DNA of 64,000 nucleotides from Pristiophorus japonicus. Taxonomy: Eukaryota. Each line of letters starts with the position of its first letter. Positions within the stretch are counted from its first letter, which is position 1. The stretch covers positions 62,558,001 to 62,622,000 of the forward strand of contig NC_091979.1 in the NCBI RefSeq assembly GCF_044704955.1. The letters are read 5' to 3'. The notes below the pieces were generated by a model. The model had not been told where the DNA came from. It saw nothing but the letters and a program-made list of their open reading frames with translations, and did not search any database. Both the position numbers and the translations under genes were made by a program. Shown piece after piece: positions 1 to 11,385 of the stretch.

Positions 1-99
1 CATTGGGTCCAGATTCTGGAACATTTTACCGATTCCGGATGACCCTGCCACCAATCGGTATGGATTCCAGAATTCCGGATTCTCGAAGCGACACCTGTA
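1..99. mobile_element. Right end of a putative Tc1/mariner-pogo (Tigger-like) MITE
   Basis: Internal TTCC(G/A)GA repeats ending in ...CACCTG|TA, resembling the CAG-terminated, TA-flanked MITE at 45192; the left end is outside the window. Confidence 0.35.
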
Positions 100-103
100 C
101 ACT

Positions 104-517
104 GCTCTCATCCCAGGAATCAATCCAGTGAACCTTTGGTACACCACCTCTAAGGCAAGTATATCCTTCATTACACAGTACTCCAGGTATGATCTCGCTC
201 TATATAATTGCAGCAAGACTGCCTTACTCTTGTACTCCAATTCCCTTGCAATAAAGGCTTGCAAAACATTTGTCTTCCTAATTGCTTGCCGTACCTTCAT
301 GTTAACTTTCTGTGATTTGTGTACAAAGACACTCAAATGCCTCTGAATGCCAACATTTACTAGTCTCTCACCTTTTAATAATATTTTGCTTTTCTATTCT
401 TCCTACCAAAGTGGATAATTTCACTCTGCCCCACAATATACTCCATCTGCCACCTTCTTGCCCAATCACGTAACTGGTCTATATCCTCTTTATGTCCTCC
501 TCACAGCTTACTTTCCC
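104..517 (-). mobile_element. CR1 LINE ORF2 (RT C-terminal) fragment
   Basis: Reverse complement matches the 'MLAFIARG.EYKS.EVLLQLYRALV' region seen in the other CR1 copies of this window. Confidence 0.8.
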
Positions 518-519
518 CT

Positions 520-745
520 AGCTAATGTAGGAAACACAGTAGCCAATTTGCACACAGCGAGGTCCCTCAATCAGCAATGTGAAAATGGCTAGATGATCTG
601 TTTTTGTAATGATGGCTGAGGGATAAACATTGGCCAGAATGCCAGGGAGAACTCCCCTGCTCTTCTTTGAATACTGTCCTGGGATTGTTTTCAAATACCT
701 GAGGGATGACAGGACTTGGGTGTAATTTCTCATCGAAAAGATGGA
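520..745 (-). mobile_element. SacSINE1-like Deu-domain SINE fragment
   Basis: Contains the reverse complement of the Deu core AAGAAGAGCAGGGGAGTTCTCCC..GGCCAA..TTATCCCTCA shared with the copies at 13133 and 49280. Confidence 0.75.
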
Positions 746-1055
746 TCAGACGAGTTTTAGGTACTTCTCACATGGAATAGCCCTCAAGAATTCAAGCACT
801 TTCTCTTTTAGAATTGGCTTCAATCTTCTCCGTTATCCAGCACGCTGCGACTGCCCTCACATGCTGTCACTCCTGCATATTCGGTCATAGCCAAAGAGTC
901 TCTTGCAATGCCTTCCTTTCTCACCCATAAGTCCCCTAAGGGTCTATCCTTGAACAACTTCATCCTCTGCCACCGATCTCATGACCCTCACTGCAACAAA
1001 ACACAAAGGCTGAAAATAGAAGGAGCTGAGAAAAGGATCAAAAGCCAGTTGAGTG

Positions 1056-1305
1056 AAACATAGAAAATAGGTGCAGGAGTAGGCCATTCGGCCCTTCGAG
1101 ACTCCACCACCATTCAATATGATCATGGCTGATCAAGCAACTTCAGTACCCAACTCCTGCCTTCTCTCCATACCTCCTGATCCCTTTAGCCGCAAGGGCC
1201 ACATCTAACTCCCTTTTGAATATCTCCAACGAACTGGACTCAATTTTGTGGTCGAGAATTCCATAGGTTCACAATTCTCGGTGAAAAAGTTTCTCCTATC
1301 TTGGT
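1056..1305 (-). mobile_element. CR1 LINE 3' end
   Basis: AACATAGAAAATAGGTGCAGGAGTAGGCCATTCGGCC is the reverse complement of the CR1 3' UTR and tail at 4320-4368. Confidence 0.9.
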
Positions 1306-4300
1306 CCGATACGGCAGGGGGATGGGAACCTATGTAGGGAGACAGAGGGAAATAGAATGGGGGCAGAAGCAAAAGATAGAAAGAAGAAAAGTAAAAGTTG
1401 AGGGCAGAGAAACCTAAGACAAAAAGCAAAAAGGGCCACATTACAGCAAAATTCTAAAGGGGCAAAGTGTTAGAAAGACAAGCCTGAAGGCTCTATGCCT
1501 CAATGCAAGGAGTATTCAGAATAAGGTGGACGAATTAAGCGCAGATAGCAGTTAATGGGTATGATGTAATTGGCATCACGGAAACATGGCTCTAGGTGAG
1601 CAAGGCTGGGAACTCAACATCCAGGGGTATTCAACATTTAGGGGGGATAGATAGAAAGGAAGGGGAGGCGGGGTAGCTTGGCTGGTTGAAGAGGAAATTG
1701 ATGCAGTGGTGGGAGGGAACATTGGCTTGGATGATGTGGAATCGGTATGGGTGGAGCTGCGGAATACCAGGGGGGCGGAGGACGCTGGTGGGAGTTGTGT
1801 GTAGACCACAAAACAGTGGTGGTGGGGTAGGGGACGGCATCGAACAGGAAGTGGGGGATGCATGCAGTGGGGATGCAACAATTGTCATGGGTGACTTTGA
1901 TCTGCATGTTGATTGGGCTGACCAGACTGGTGGTGGTGCGGTAGGAGGAGGATTTCCCGGAGTGTGTTGGGGATGGTTTTCTGGACCTGTGTCAAGGAGC
2001 CGGCCAGGGAGCTGACTATCCTGGACTGGGTAATGTGCAATGGGAGGGGACTAATGGGAGGTCTTGTTGTGCGAGGCCCCTGGGGGGGGGGGGGGGGGGG
2101 GTGGCCATGGTGTGGTGGAGTTCTTTATTGGGATGTTGAGTGACAGTTGATTCGGAGGCTGGGATCCTGGGCTTGAGGAGGGGTAGCTTCGATGGTTTGA
2201 GGCGTGGGTTGCCTGGAGTGGACTGGCGGGTGGTGCTTGGGGGGGTTGACGGTGGATGGGCGGTGGCAGACAATTTAAAGATCACATGGATGAACTTCAG
2301 CAATTGTACATCGCTGCCTGGAGTAAGGGTGGAACGGGGTGGAAGGGGGGGGGGGGGCGGTGGGTGGCTCGGCCGTGGCTGGCGGGGGAACTTGGGGATG
2401 GTGAGGAGGGGGCATGTGAATTGGCCAGAGGAGGCAGCGGGCCTGAGGACTGGGGGAAATTTAGGGTTCGGCAGAGGAGGACAAGGGGTTTGGTTAGGAG
2501 GGGAAAAATAGAGTACGAGTAGAAGCTTGCCGGGAACATGGAAACTGACTGCAGGGGCTTCTATGGATATGCGAGAAGAGGATTGGTGAGGACAAGCGTA
2601 GGTCCCTTGCATTCGGATTCAGGTGAATTTACAATGGGGAACAAAGAGATGGCAGACCTATTGAACAGATACTTTGGTTCTGTCTTCACGAAGGAAGACA
2701 CAAATAACCTTCCGAAAGTACGAGGGTACCGAGGGTCTGGTGAAAGGGAAGAACTGAGGGAAATCCTTATTGGGCTGGGGGTTGTGTTGGGGGGTATTGA
2801 TGGGATTGGGGGTCGGTGGATCCCCAGGACCTGGTGGTCTGCGTCCTGGAGTGCTTGGGGAGGTGGCCCTGGAAGTGGTGGATGCATTGGTGATCATTTT
2901 CCGGCGGTCTATCGACTTGGGATCGGTTCCTATGGACTGGAGGGTAGCTGATGTAACACCACTTTTTGGGGAGGGAGGGCAAGAGAAAACGGGTAGTTGG
3001 CCTGACATCGGTGGGGGGAAAGTGTTGAAATCAATTGTTGGGGATGGAGTGGCAGTGCATTTGGAGAGCAGTGGCCGGGTCGGCGTGGATTTGTTGGGGG
3101 GGGGGGGGGGGGGGGGGGGAAAGAATGAGGTCGTGCTTGACAGGTCTTCTAGAGTTTTTTTTGAAGGTGTGGCTAGTGGAGTGGGCGGGGGAGGACCGGT
3201 GGATGTGGTGTATTTGGACTTTCGGGGGGCTTTTGACAGGGTCCCCCACGGGAGATTGGTGTGTAGGGTCGGAGCACATGGTGTTGGGGATGGTGTGCTG
3301 GCGTGGATGGAGGGCTGATTGGCGGGCGGGAAGCGGAAAGTTGGGATGGACGGATCCTTTTCAGAGTGGTGGGTGGTGGCTGGTGGAGTGCCGCAGGGCT
3401 CAGTGCTGGGACAGCTCTTTACAGTGTACATCAGTCAGTGATTTGGATGAGGGAATTGGTTGTGGTATCTCCCGGTTTTCAGGTGACGGAGTTGGATGGC
3501 GGTGTGGGGTCACTGGGAGGCTGCAGGGTGGCTTGGACGGGTTGGGTGGGCGGGCAGGTGCGTGGCAGATGCAGTGTAGTGTGGGTGAGTGTGGAGTTGT
3601 CCACTTTGGGGGCGGAGGCGTGAGGGGAGAGTGTTGTCTGAACAGTGACAGATTGGGGGGGGGGGGGGGGGCGGGACGAGACCTGTGTGTCGTGGTTCAT
3701 CGGTCGTTGGGAGTTGGCGTGCGGGTGCAGCGGGTGGTTTGTTGACCTTCATGGCTGGGGGATTTGAGTGTGGGAGCGGGGGGTTCTTGCTGCAGTTGTA
3801 CAGGGCCTTGGTGGGGCCTCATCTGGAGTGTTGTGTTCGGTTTTGGTCTCCTGGTCTGGGGAGGGACATTCTTGCTGTTGGGGGGAGTGCAGCGAGGGTT
3901 CGTCGGACTGATTCCCGGGACAGCCGTGCTGACATGTGGGGAGAGACTGGATCAACTGGGCCTTTATGCATTGGAGTTTGGAGGGATGAGGGGGGATCTC
4001 ATGGAGGTATGCGGGATTCTGGCAGGAAGGGACAGGTTGGATGCGGGTGGATGTTGGGGAGGTCCGGAACCGGGGGACACAGTTTTGGGATAAAGGGTAG
4101 GCCATTTAGGACTGAGATGAGGAGAAACTTCTTCAGAGTTGTTAACCTGTGGAATTCCCTGCCGCAGAGAGTTGTTGATGCCAGTTCATTGGATATATTC
4201 AAGAGGGAGTTAGATATGGCCCTTACGGCTAAAGGGATCAAGGGGTATGGAGAGAAAGCAGGAAAGGGGTACTGAGGGAATGATCAGCCATGATCTTATC

Positions 4301-4368
4301 GAATGGTGGTGCAGACTCGAAGGGCCGAATGGCCTACTTCTGCACCTATTTTCTATGTTTCTATGTTT
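1306..4368 (+). mobile_element. CR1 LINE (end of ORF1, ORF2 APE+RT, 3' tail), A-to-G hypermutated
   Basis: Collinear with the copies at 28758-32856 and 40005-42035; DFQKAFDKVPHKRL is read here as DFRGAFDRVPHGRL; TTTCTATG tail at 4350-4368. Confidence 0.92.
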
Positions 4369-4369
4369 T

Positions 4370-5672
4370 CCGCTGTCTGCGCCGGACCTCATCACGCTCG
4401 CAGCATTGAGATTCGAAGAGCTCAACGCCCTCCTGGAAGCACTTCCTCCAGCTAGGGCAGTCTTCGGCCAGGGTCTCCCAGGTGTCAGTGGTGATGTCGC
4501 ACTTCACCAGGGAGGCTCTGAGGGTGCCCTTGTAACGTTTCCACTGCCCACCTTTAGCTCATTTGCCATGAAGGAGCTTCGCATAGAGCAATTGCTTAGG
4601 GAGTCTTGTGTCTGGCATGTGAACTAAGTGGCCTGCCCAGCAAAGTTGATCGAGTGTGGTTAGTGCTTCAAAGCTGGGGATGTTAGCCTGGGCAAGGACA
4701 CTGATGTTGGTGCATCTGTCCTCCCAGGGGATTTGCAGGATCTTGGAGACATCGTTGGTGATATATCTCCAGCGACTTGAGGTGCCTTCTGTACATCGTC
4801 CATACAGATCCATACAGGAGGGCGGATATTACTACATCCCTGTAGACCATGAGCTTGGTGATAGGTTTCAGGGCCTGATCATCGAACACTCTTTTCCTCA
4901 GGTGGCCGAAGGCTGCACTGACGGCGATGTTGAATCTCCTCATCAATGTCTGCCTTTGTTGACAAGAGGCTCCCGAGGTATGGGAAGTGGTCCACTTTGT
5001 CGAGGGCTGCACCGTGAATCTTGATGACTGGGGAGCAGTGCTGTGCGGCGAGGACAGGCTGGTGGAGGACCTTTGTCTTACGGATGTTAAGCATAAGGCC
5101 CATGCTTTCATATGCCTTGGTGAATACATCGACTATACCCTGGAGATCAGCCTCAGAATGTGCGCAGACGCAGGCGTCGTCCGCATACTTGGGTGATCTT
5201 GGATCTGTCCTGGAGGTGACGAAGGTTAAACAGCTTCCCACTGGTTCTGTAGTTTAGTTCCACTCCAGTGAGGAGCTTGTTGATTGTGAGGTGGAGCATG
5301 GCAGCGAGAAAGATTGAGAAGAGGGTTCGAGTGATGACGTAGCCCTGTTTGAACCCGGTCCGGCCGTGGAATGGATCTGCTGGTAATGATCATGCCCTGC
5401 ATGTCGTCGTGGAGCAGGCGAAGGATGTTAAACTTTTTGGAGCATCCAAAACGGAGGAGGTTGCGCTCCATAAGCCCTCATGGTCGACAGTGTCAAAGGC
5501 CTTTGTAAGATCGAAAAAGGCCATGTATAAGGGCTGGCGCCGCTCCCTGAATTGTTCCTGCAGTTGTCGTGCTGCAAAGATCATGTCCATTGTTCCCCAT
5601 AGGGGACGGAATCTGCACTGTGACTCCGGGAGAAGACGGTTGAGGAGAACTCTAGCGACGACCTTCCCAGTC
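4370..5672 (-). mobile_element. RTE-clade LINE fragment (RT and C-terminal region), disrupted
   Basis: ORF-track peptides DMIFAARQLQE..FFDLTKAFDTVDH, YADDACVCAHSE, FPYLGSLLS and MPDTRLPKQ. Confidence 0.88.
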
Positions 5673-6341
5673 CCTCACTCTGTTGTATTAGCAATCAAGC
5701 TACTATGAGTAGGGAATGAAAAAAAAATTCTAAAATCATCCTTATCGGACTGTATCAATCACGTCCTAGTGGTGCAAGAATGGCATAGATTCTGCATGCC
5801 ACCAAGAAAGAGAATATAGAATACGACCTATTTTTAAGATATTAAAACCTGAAGTTTGTTTTATTCAAAAATATTTACCGTGACCACCTGATTTCATTTA
5901 AATCTATTTATCTGAAACATTGGATTCAAATGGATATTTTCCAATAGCTATTATACTCTGCATTAAACGTGACAGAGCACTCGAATGCAAGTAGTTGAGT
6001 GTTGCCAGCTCACAAAGATAATGAGTTCATAGGAGTCACTGGACAAGCAAAACTTACTGTTCACTTGAAATAAAAGAAATTCAGTCGTTGTTACTGCTTT
6101 TCCTGCTAGAGGACAATATGGATCACTAAACCATTCAGAAAGATGACCACTGAATGAAAACAAAACAAAAAACAACGGAAACAAAGGAATCAATAAAATG
6201 GATTGCTGAATTTCTAATCTGCCAATTCTCACCTCAGTATGCACAACACTTCTGACAGAAGCCACAAACTACTAGCAATCTCCTCTAAATTTCTACTAAT
6301 AGCAAGACAAGTGGTTTAGTACCAAAGATGGCAATTTAGTA

Positions 6342-6566
6342 CAAAAGCAAAATAGTGCAAATGCTGGAAATCTGAAATACAAACAGAAAATGCTGGAAAT
6401 ATTCAGGCAGCATCTGTGGAGAGAGAAAGAGTTAACATTTCAGGTCAATGACCCATCGTCTGAACCAGCTGTGTTCGGATGATGGGTCATTGACCTGAAA
6501 CATTAACTCTTTCTCTCTCCACAGATGCTGCCTAACATACTGAGTATTTCCAGCATTTTTTGTTAT
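6342..6566. mobile_element. Palindromic Penelope-like terminal-repeat element with 13-bp TSD
   Basis: 6381-6465 and 6472-6563 are inverted copies of AAATGCTGGAAATA..GGCAGCATCTGTGGAGAGAGAAAGAGTTAA..TTTCAGGTCAATGACC; flanked by TGGCAATTTAGTA at 6329-6341 and 6567-6579. Confidence 0.75.
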
Positions 6567-6859
6567 TGGCAATTTAGTAGAATGATTCAGATCTTGGATT
6601 TGAATACTGCAGAATGCCATCAACTCATTTTAATAAAATTAAAATTTAGGGATCCTTTTGTCTTTTGAAAAGGCCCATAGTATATCTTTGGAACAAAATC
6701 ACCATTGTTATCAAGTTAGATTTTCAAATTCTTGCTCCTTAGATCGCTGTAGCCAGATCAGGTGTACCCAAATGTCAGGCCTGGCACTATTTAAAAGTGC
6801 AAGAATAGAGAGCCCTCTACAATCCTCAATAAGGAAGTACCTGGCCTCCACTTGATGCC

Positions 6860-9100
6860 TTCCTCTCCTGTACAAATCACTAAAAGCAGTGCACAGGTTA
6901 AAAAGTAGTAATCAAAAAAGTTAATGGAATGTTGGCCTCTATCTCAAGAGGATTGGAGTACAAAAGTGAGGAACTGTTGCTTTAGTTGTACAGAGTCCAT
7001 CAGGATTGCTGTGCTCAGTTTTAGACACTGCACCTCAGGAAAGATATGCTGGCCTTGGACAGAGTACAATGCAGATTCACCAGAATGGCATCAGGACTTG
7101 CAGGTTCAAATTATGACAACCGGTTGCATAAACTTGGTTTGGATTCTCGAGTTTAGAAGGTTAGGGAGGAGCTAATCATGTTTAAAATAAGAAAGGAATT
7201 TTATAAGGTAGATACAGAGGACCCAAGTTTCGAGCCGCGCCTAGAACGGCACAGTCCCGACCTGGACGCCCGTTTTTTGTGCCACAAAGTACATCTAAAA
7301 AAAACCTCCGTATTCTCCACCTTCCTGCAGGTCCTCTGGCCCTCAGCGCAGCGCAGCAGGAGCTGTAGGGGGCGGAGCTAGGTCCCTGCACTGAAAACAG
7401 TGCCGGGACCTCTGCACATGCGCGCTACAGTGGGCACCCAAGCGCAGTAGCTCCAGGCGCCCGAAACTGCGTGGGAGGGGCCCGAAGCACGCAGCCCCTA
7501 GCCCTGGCCCAATGGCCTCACTGGGGCTGCGTGAATAAGGCTCCTCCCACAGCCAGCTCCTGCTTCCTCCCGACCAGACTCCCGCTTCCCGCCCCCCGCC
7601 CCCGACACCCGCTCCCCTGCCCCCGCCTCCGGACCGGACCCGACACCCGCTGCCCCCCCCGCCGCCTCCGGACTGGATCCGACCTGACCTCCCTGCCCCC
7701 GACCTGACCTCCCTCTCCCTCCCCCCGACCCGAACCGAACCGACCTCCCTCCCACCACCCCCCCGACCCTATCCAACGCCACCGACCTGTAAATCTGGTG
7801 CTGGGAACGGGCCCTGCCTGAAGTCTTGGGCCCGGCCCGTTCAGCCTCCCTCCCCCTTCTCCTCCCTCCCCCCACCCCCGTCATTCTCCTTCCCCCCCCC
7901 CCCCCAATCTCCTTTCTCCCGCCCCCAATCACCTTTCTCCCCCCCCCAATTTCCTTTCTCCCCCCCCCATCTCCTTTCTCCCCCTTCTCCCTTCTCCCCC
8001 CCAATCTCCTTTCTCCCCCATCCCTCCCCCCTTTATCCCCTTCTCCCCCCTTCCCCACCCCCTTCTCCCCTTTATCCCCTTCCCCACCCCCTTCTCCCCT
8101 TCTTCCCCCATCCCTCCCCCCTTCTCCCCCATCCCTCCCCCCTTCTCCCCCTCCCCTCGCTGTCAGAAACACAGACACTGACAGACAGAGAACGAGAAAC
8201 ACACAGACAGACAGAGAGATAGAGACACTGACAGAGACACACTGAGGGGGGCACCCCAGCACGCTGTTGGAGGGCTCCCGGTGCTGCAGTCGGTAAGTAG
8301 AAAATGTTTTGTTTATTGATTTTTTTAAAATGATTTCTTATTAATTTTTTTTGATTGATTTATTGGTTGGTTTATTGATGTATTTATAATTTATTATTGA
8401 TGATGGCTCTTTATTTGTAAAACTGAAGTGTTTAATGTTTGTAAACTTCCCTTTAAACCCCCCCCCCACCACTCCCTACGCCTGATTTGTAACCTATGCC
8501 TGATTTTCTAAAGTGTAGACAAGGTTTTATCAAGCGTACAAAAATCTTCACTTACTCCATTCCAAGTTAGTTTGGAGTAAGTTTTCACTCACGAAACTTT
8601 GAAATCAGGCGTAAGTGGCCGGACACGCCCCCTTTTGAAAAAAAAATTCTGTTCCAAAGTGAAACTGTTCTAACGGACTAGAACTGGAGCAAACTAAATG
8701 ACGAGAATTCCGATTTCTAAGATACTCCGTTCTGCACCAGTTGCTCCTAAAAATCAAGAGCAAATTATGTGGAAACTTGGGGCCAGAGAAACAATTTCCT
8801 CTGACTGCAGGAATCCAGAATAAAGGAGAATAATATTACGATTAGAGCAAGCAATTTCGGGGGAAAAGCAGAAAGCATTTTTTCCACATAAAGGTATGAA
8901 AATCTGGACCTTGCTTCCCCTAAAAGGCTGGGTCGATTGACATTATCAAGACTGAGATCTATGGATTTTTGTTAGGTAAGGGTAACGAGGGATATGGAAA
9001 AAATGCGGGTTATAGGTTGAGGTACAGATCAGCCACGATCCAATTAAATGACGGATAAGGCTCAAGCAGCTGAATGGCCTACTCCTACTCTCATGTTTCA
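6860..9100 (+). mobile_element. Older CR1 3' portion, interrupted by the Harbinger-like element at 7219-8784
   Basis: CR1 C-terminal coding remnants at 6860-7218 resume at 8785 (..GTAGATACAGA | AGAGAAACAATTTCC..) and continue into the 3' UTR. Confidence 0.75.
7219..8784. mobile_element. Non-autonomous PIF/Harbinger-like DNA element
   Basis: TIRs GGACCCAAGTTTC...GAAACTTGGGGCC; 3-bp TSD AGA (7216-7218, 8785-8787); CpG-rich interior with C-rich low-complexity sequence. Confidence 0.75.
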
Positions 9101-10529
9101 CAGCACTACATGTGCTGTGTCGCTCAACCACGATCCCACATGTCAGTATTCTTCCAGTCTCTCTCTATCCTTGCCAACAGCTATTCATACCACTTATTAT
9201 AGGATTATGCCTGATCTTCCGTTAGTGTTGCCATGTGGGTACTGCTTCTGAAATCTTGCCTCTATACTGATTTTTGGCACATCTCTCTGCGAGGGCAACC
9301 TTCCTAATCCCCATCACTTCAATTCATTGCACTGCTCATTGGCCTGCAATACCACTAGACCATCCTTTCCAATCCCATTTAACAAGAGGTCACAGAACAG
9401 AAAAATCCCCACTGTGATGATAATCAAACAGTAACAACTGCTGTGCACAGGATAACATACGGTATTGCAACAACAAATTCCAGGCAATTTGATTTGATGT
9501 GCTATTGGGTTTTATTTCACTGCATGTTATAGTGAATACCATGTTCTGTACAGCACATGCCATTGTTCAATCAATAAACAAGTGAATTCAATCAATTTCT
9601 GCTGCTTAGTCTTTAGAGGGTAACTTTGCCAAGTTACCTGAAGATTCTGGAACAGGTGTCATCACCAGGTCAAAGCCAATCAACTGAGGATACAATATAC
9701 AATTAACGGAACAAAAAGGTTACAATCAAAAGATATGCTGCTTACAAGAATCAACTGATAGCTACCTGGCCTATCATCTTCAATGTCAGTGTCCATACTG
9801 ATTTTTGGCTCATCGCTCCACTAGCCAATGGGTATTCTTCCAACGGTACATATCATCAGCCCCTTGCTTCAGTACCAACCTTCTTCCATGAGACTCTTTT
9901 CCCATCCCTTCTCCAGTAACAAAGCCTCTGTAAATGTGCATCTCTGTTTAACATCCACCTCCATTTCAGCATTGCACCGGGGTTAGTCTCTCTCCCGCGC
10001 TCTCCTATCCTTCAAATCAGTGCTCAACCTCAGTCAATCCTGCGCTTTGGTCTCAGTATTTTTCTGGCCTCTCTCTTTCCCTATTTTATTATAATCCTCT
10101 CCACATCTTTTTTCCCTTTCTCTCCTGCCCCTAGCTTAATTATCACACCTCTCTCTCCCCCTAATTCTTGTTTACTGCCCTCCATGCATCTCCTTCTGAT
10201 CCCCTGCCCCTCACTTCAGTGTCTATTCCTCTTGGTCATGTTCTCCTGTCTCTCCACCATACGCGGCTGACGGGGAAAAAGCTCTGATCTATTATTCTCA
10301 GAGCTGGTAATAAGCTAGGATTAATTTACAAAGTATGTAGGAAAACACATTACTCACACAAGGAGAAATTTTCAAAAACCGCACCAGTTTTCAAAACAAA
10401 CATTGTTTTTCATTTTCCTCTCAATATGTGTGGTGTAAAGATAGCCAATAGTGGTTTACAGTGTCACTTGTTAGGCTCAACGTTACTTGGTAGTTCGCTC
10501 CCTACCAAATTGTTGCCATTACACCCATA

Positions 10530-10918
10530 AATAGGTGTGGCAAGAGATCGTGGTGGAGGTGCGGCGAATTATCGTGGCGAGAGATCGGGGTCCAAGAGCG
10601 TCGTGCTCGGGGCCAAGGGGCAGCACGGGCCAGCCCACACTGTGATGTGTGCACGCACTAGATCCGCGCAGCAGAGCTTGGTCTCCAGTCGTCTTGGTTA
10701 ACCCTTGCCACTGGACCAAGACCATGCTCTGTCAAGCCCGTGTGGTGGCTGATGTGCAACAGCCACCACACCTGAAAAGAAACTCCACGCACAGGCATCT
10801 TCCACCCTTCAATATGTAGTTTGGGACCTGGAATGTCAGGTCCCTCATTGAAACACCTGTGAACTCATTCCTTTTTGGTGTAGAAGCAAGTCATCCTGGA
10901 CACGAGGGACTGCCTAAT
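10530..10918 (+). mobile_element. RTE-derived bipartite non-autonomous retroposon, 5'-truncated
   Basis: Homologous to 55182-55750 and 59071-59665; ends in GAAGCAAGTCATCC..GAGGGACTGCCTA, like the RTE 3' end. Confidence 0.7.
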
Positions 10919-11009
10919 ACTAAATAACCCACAGCTGTCAAAATGATTCTAACAGTTTAAAATTAACCAGCTGTTGAGAAAACATGAAATCTTTTACATG
11001 ACGTGCCAA

Positions 11010-11385
11010 ATGAAGTACAGTGCTCTGGTCAGACCATACCTAGAGTACTGTCTCCAGTCCTGATTGCCAAGTCACAAGGGAAAAAAGATGTCTGACATCT
11101 AACCTTATAGTGGCACGCAAGATAGTGAAGGAAATGGAACAGGCAAATTGAATAGTGTTTTAAATTAAACTATGACAATGGGGTAAGGGGACACAGGTTA
11201 AACTAGAAAAGACAAATGCAGAAAATTCTTCCGTGATCAACGCATGGAATGGACTTCCAAATATGAAGACAAAGACCCTAGAATTATTTAAGAAACAATT
11301 GAATTCTGCAATGGGGAACTGTGGGATCTCTCCAGATGGATTAATTAAGATAGGACAAATGGCCTGCTTCATCCATCGTTATCTT
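11010..11385 (+). mobile_element. Ancient CR1 3' remnant
   Basis: TACAGTGCTCTGGTCAGACCATACCTAGAGTACTG (YSALVRPYLEYC) and 'VINAWNGLP'. Confidence 0.55.

Noticed and set aside
1640-4100. APOBEC editing or CpG decay as the explanation for the CR1 divergence
   Set aside because: The direction is A>G relative to several siblings that retain conserved RT residues; APOBEC and CpG decay give G>A or C>T.
1576-4275. Many overlapping Gly-rich and Pro-rich ORFs
   Set aside because: By-products of A>G hypermutation of a CR1 (stops removed, G enriched); not genes.
7498-8262. Gly-rich and Pro-rich ORFs here and at 44194-45003
   Set aside because: Low-complexity interiors of non-autonomous DNA elements.
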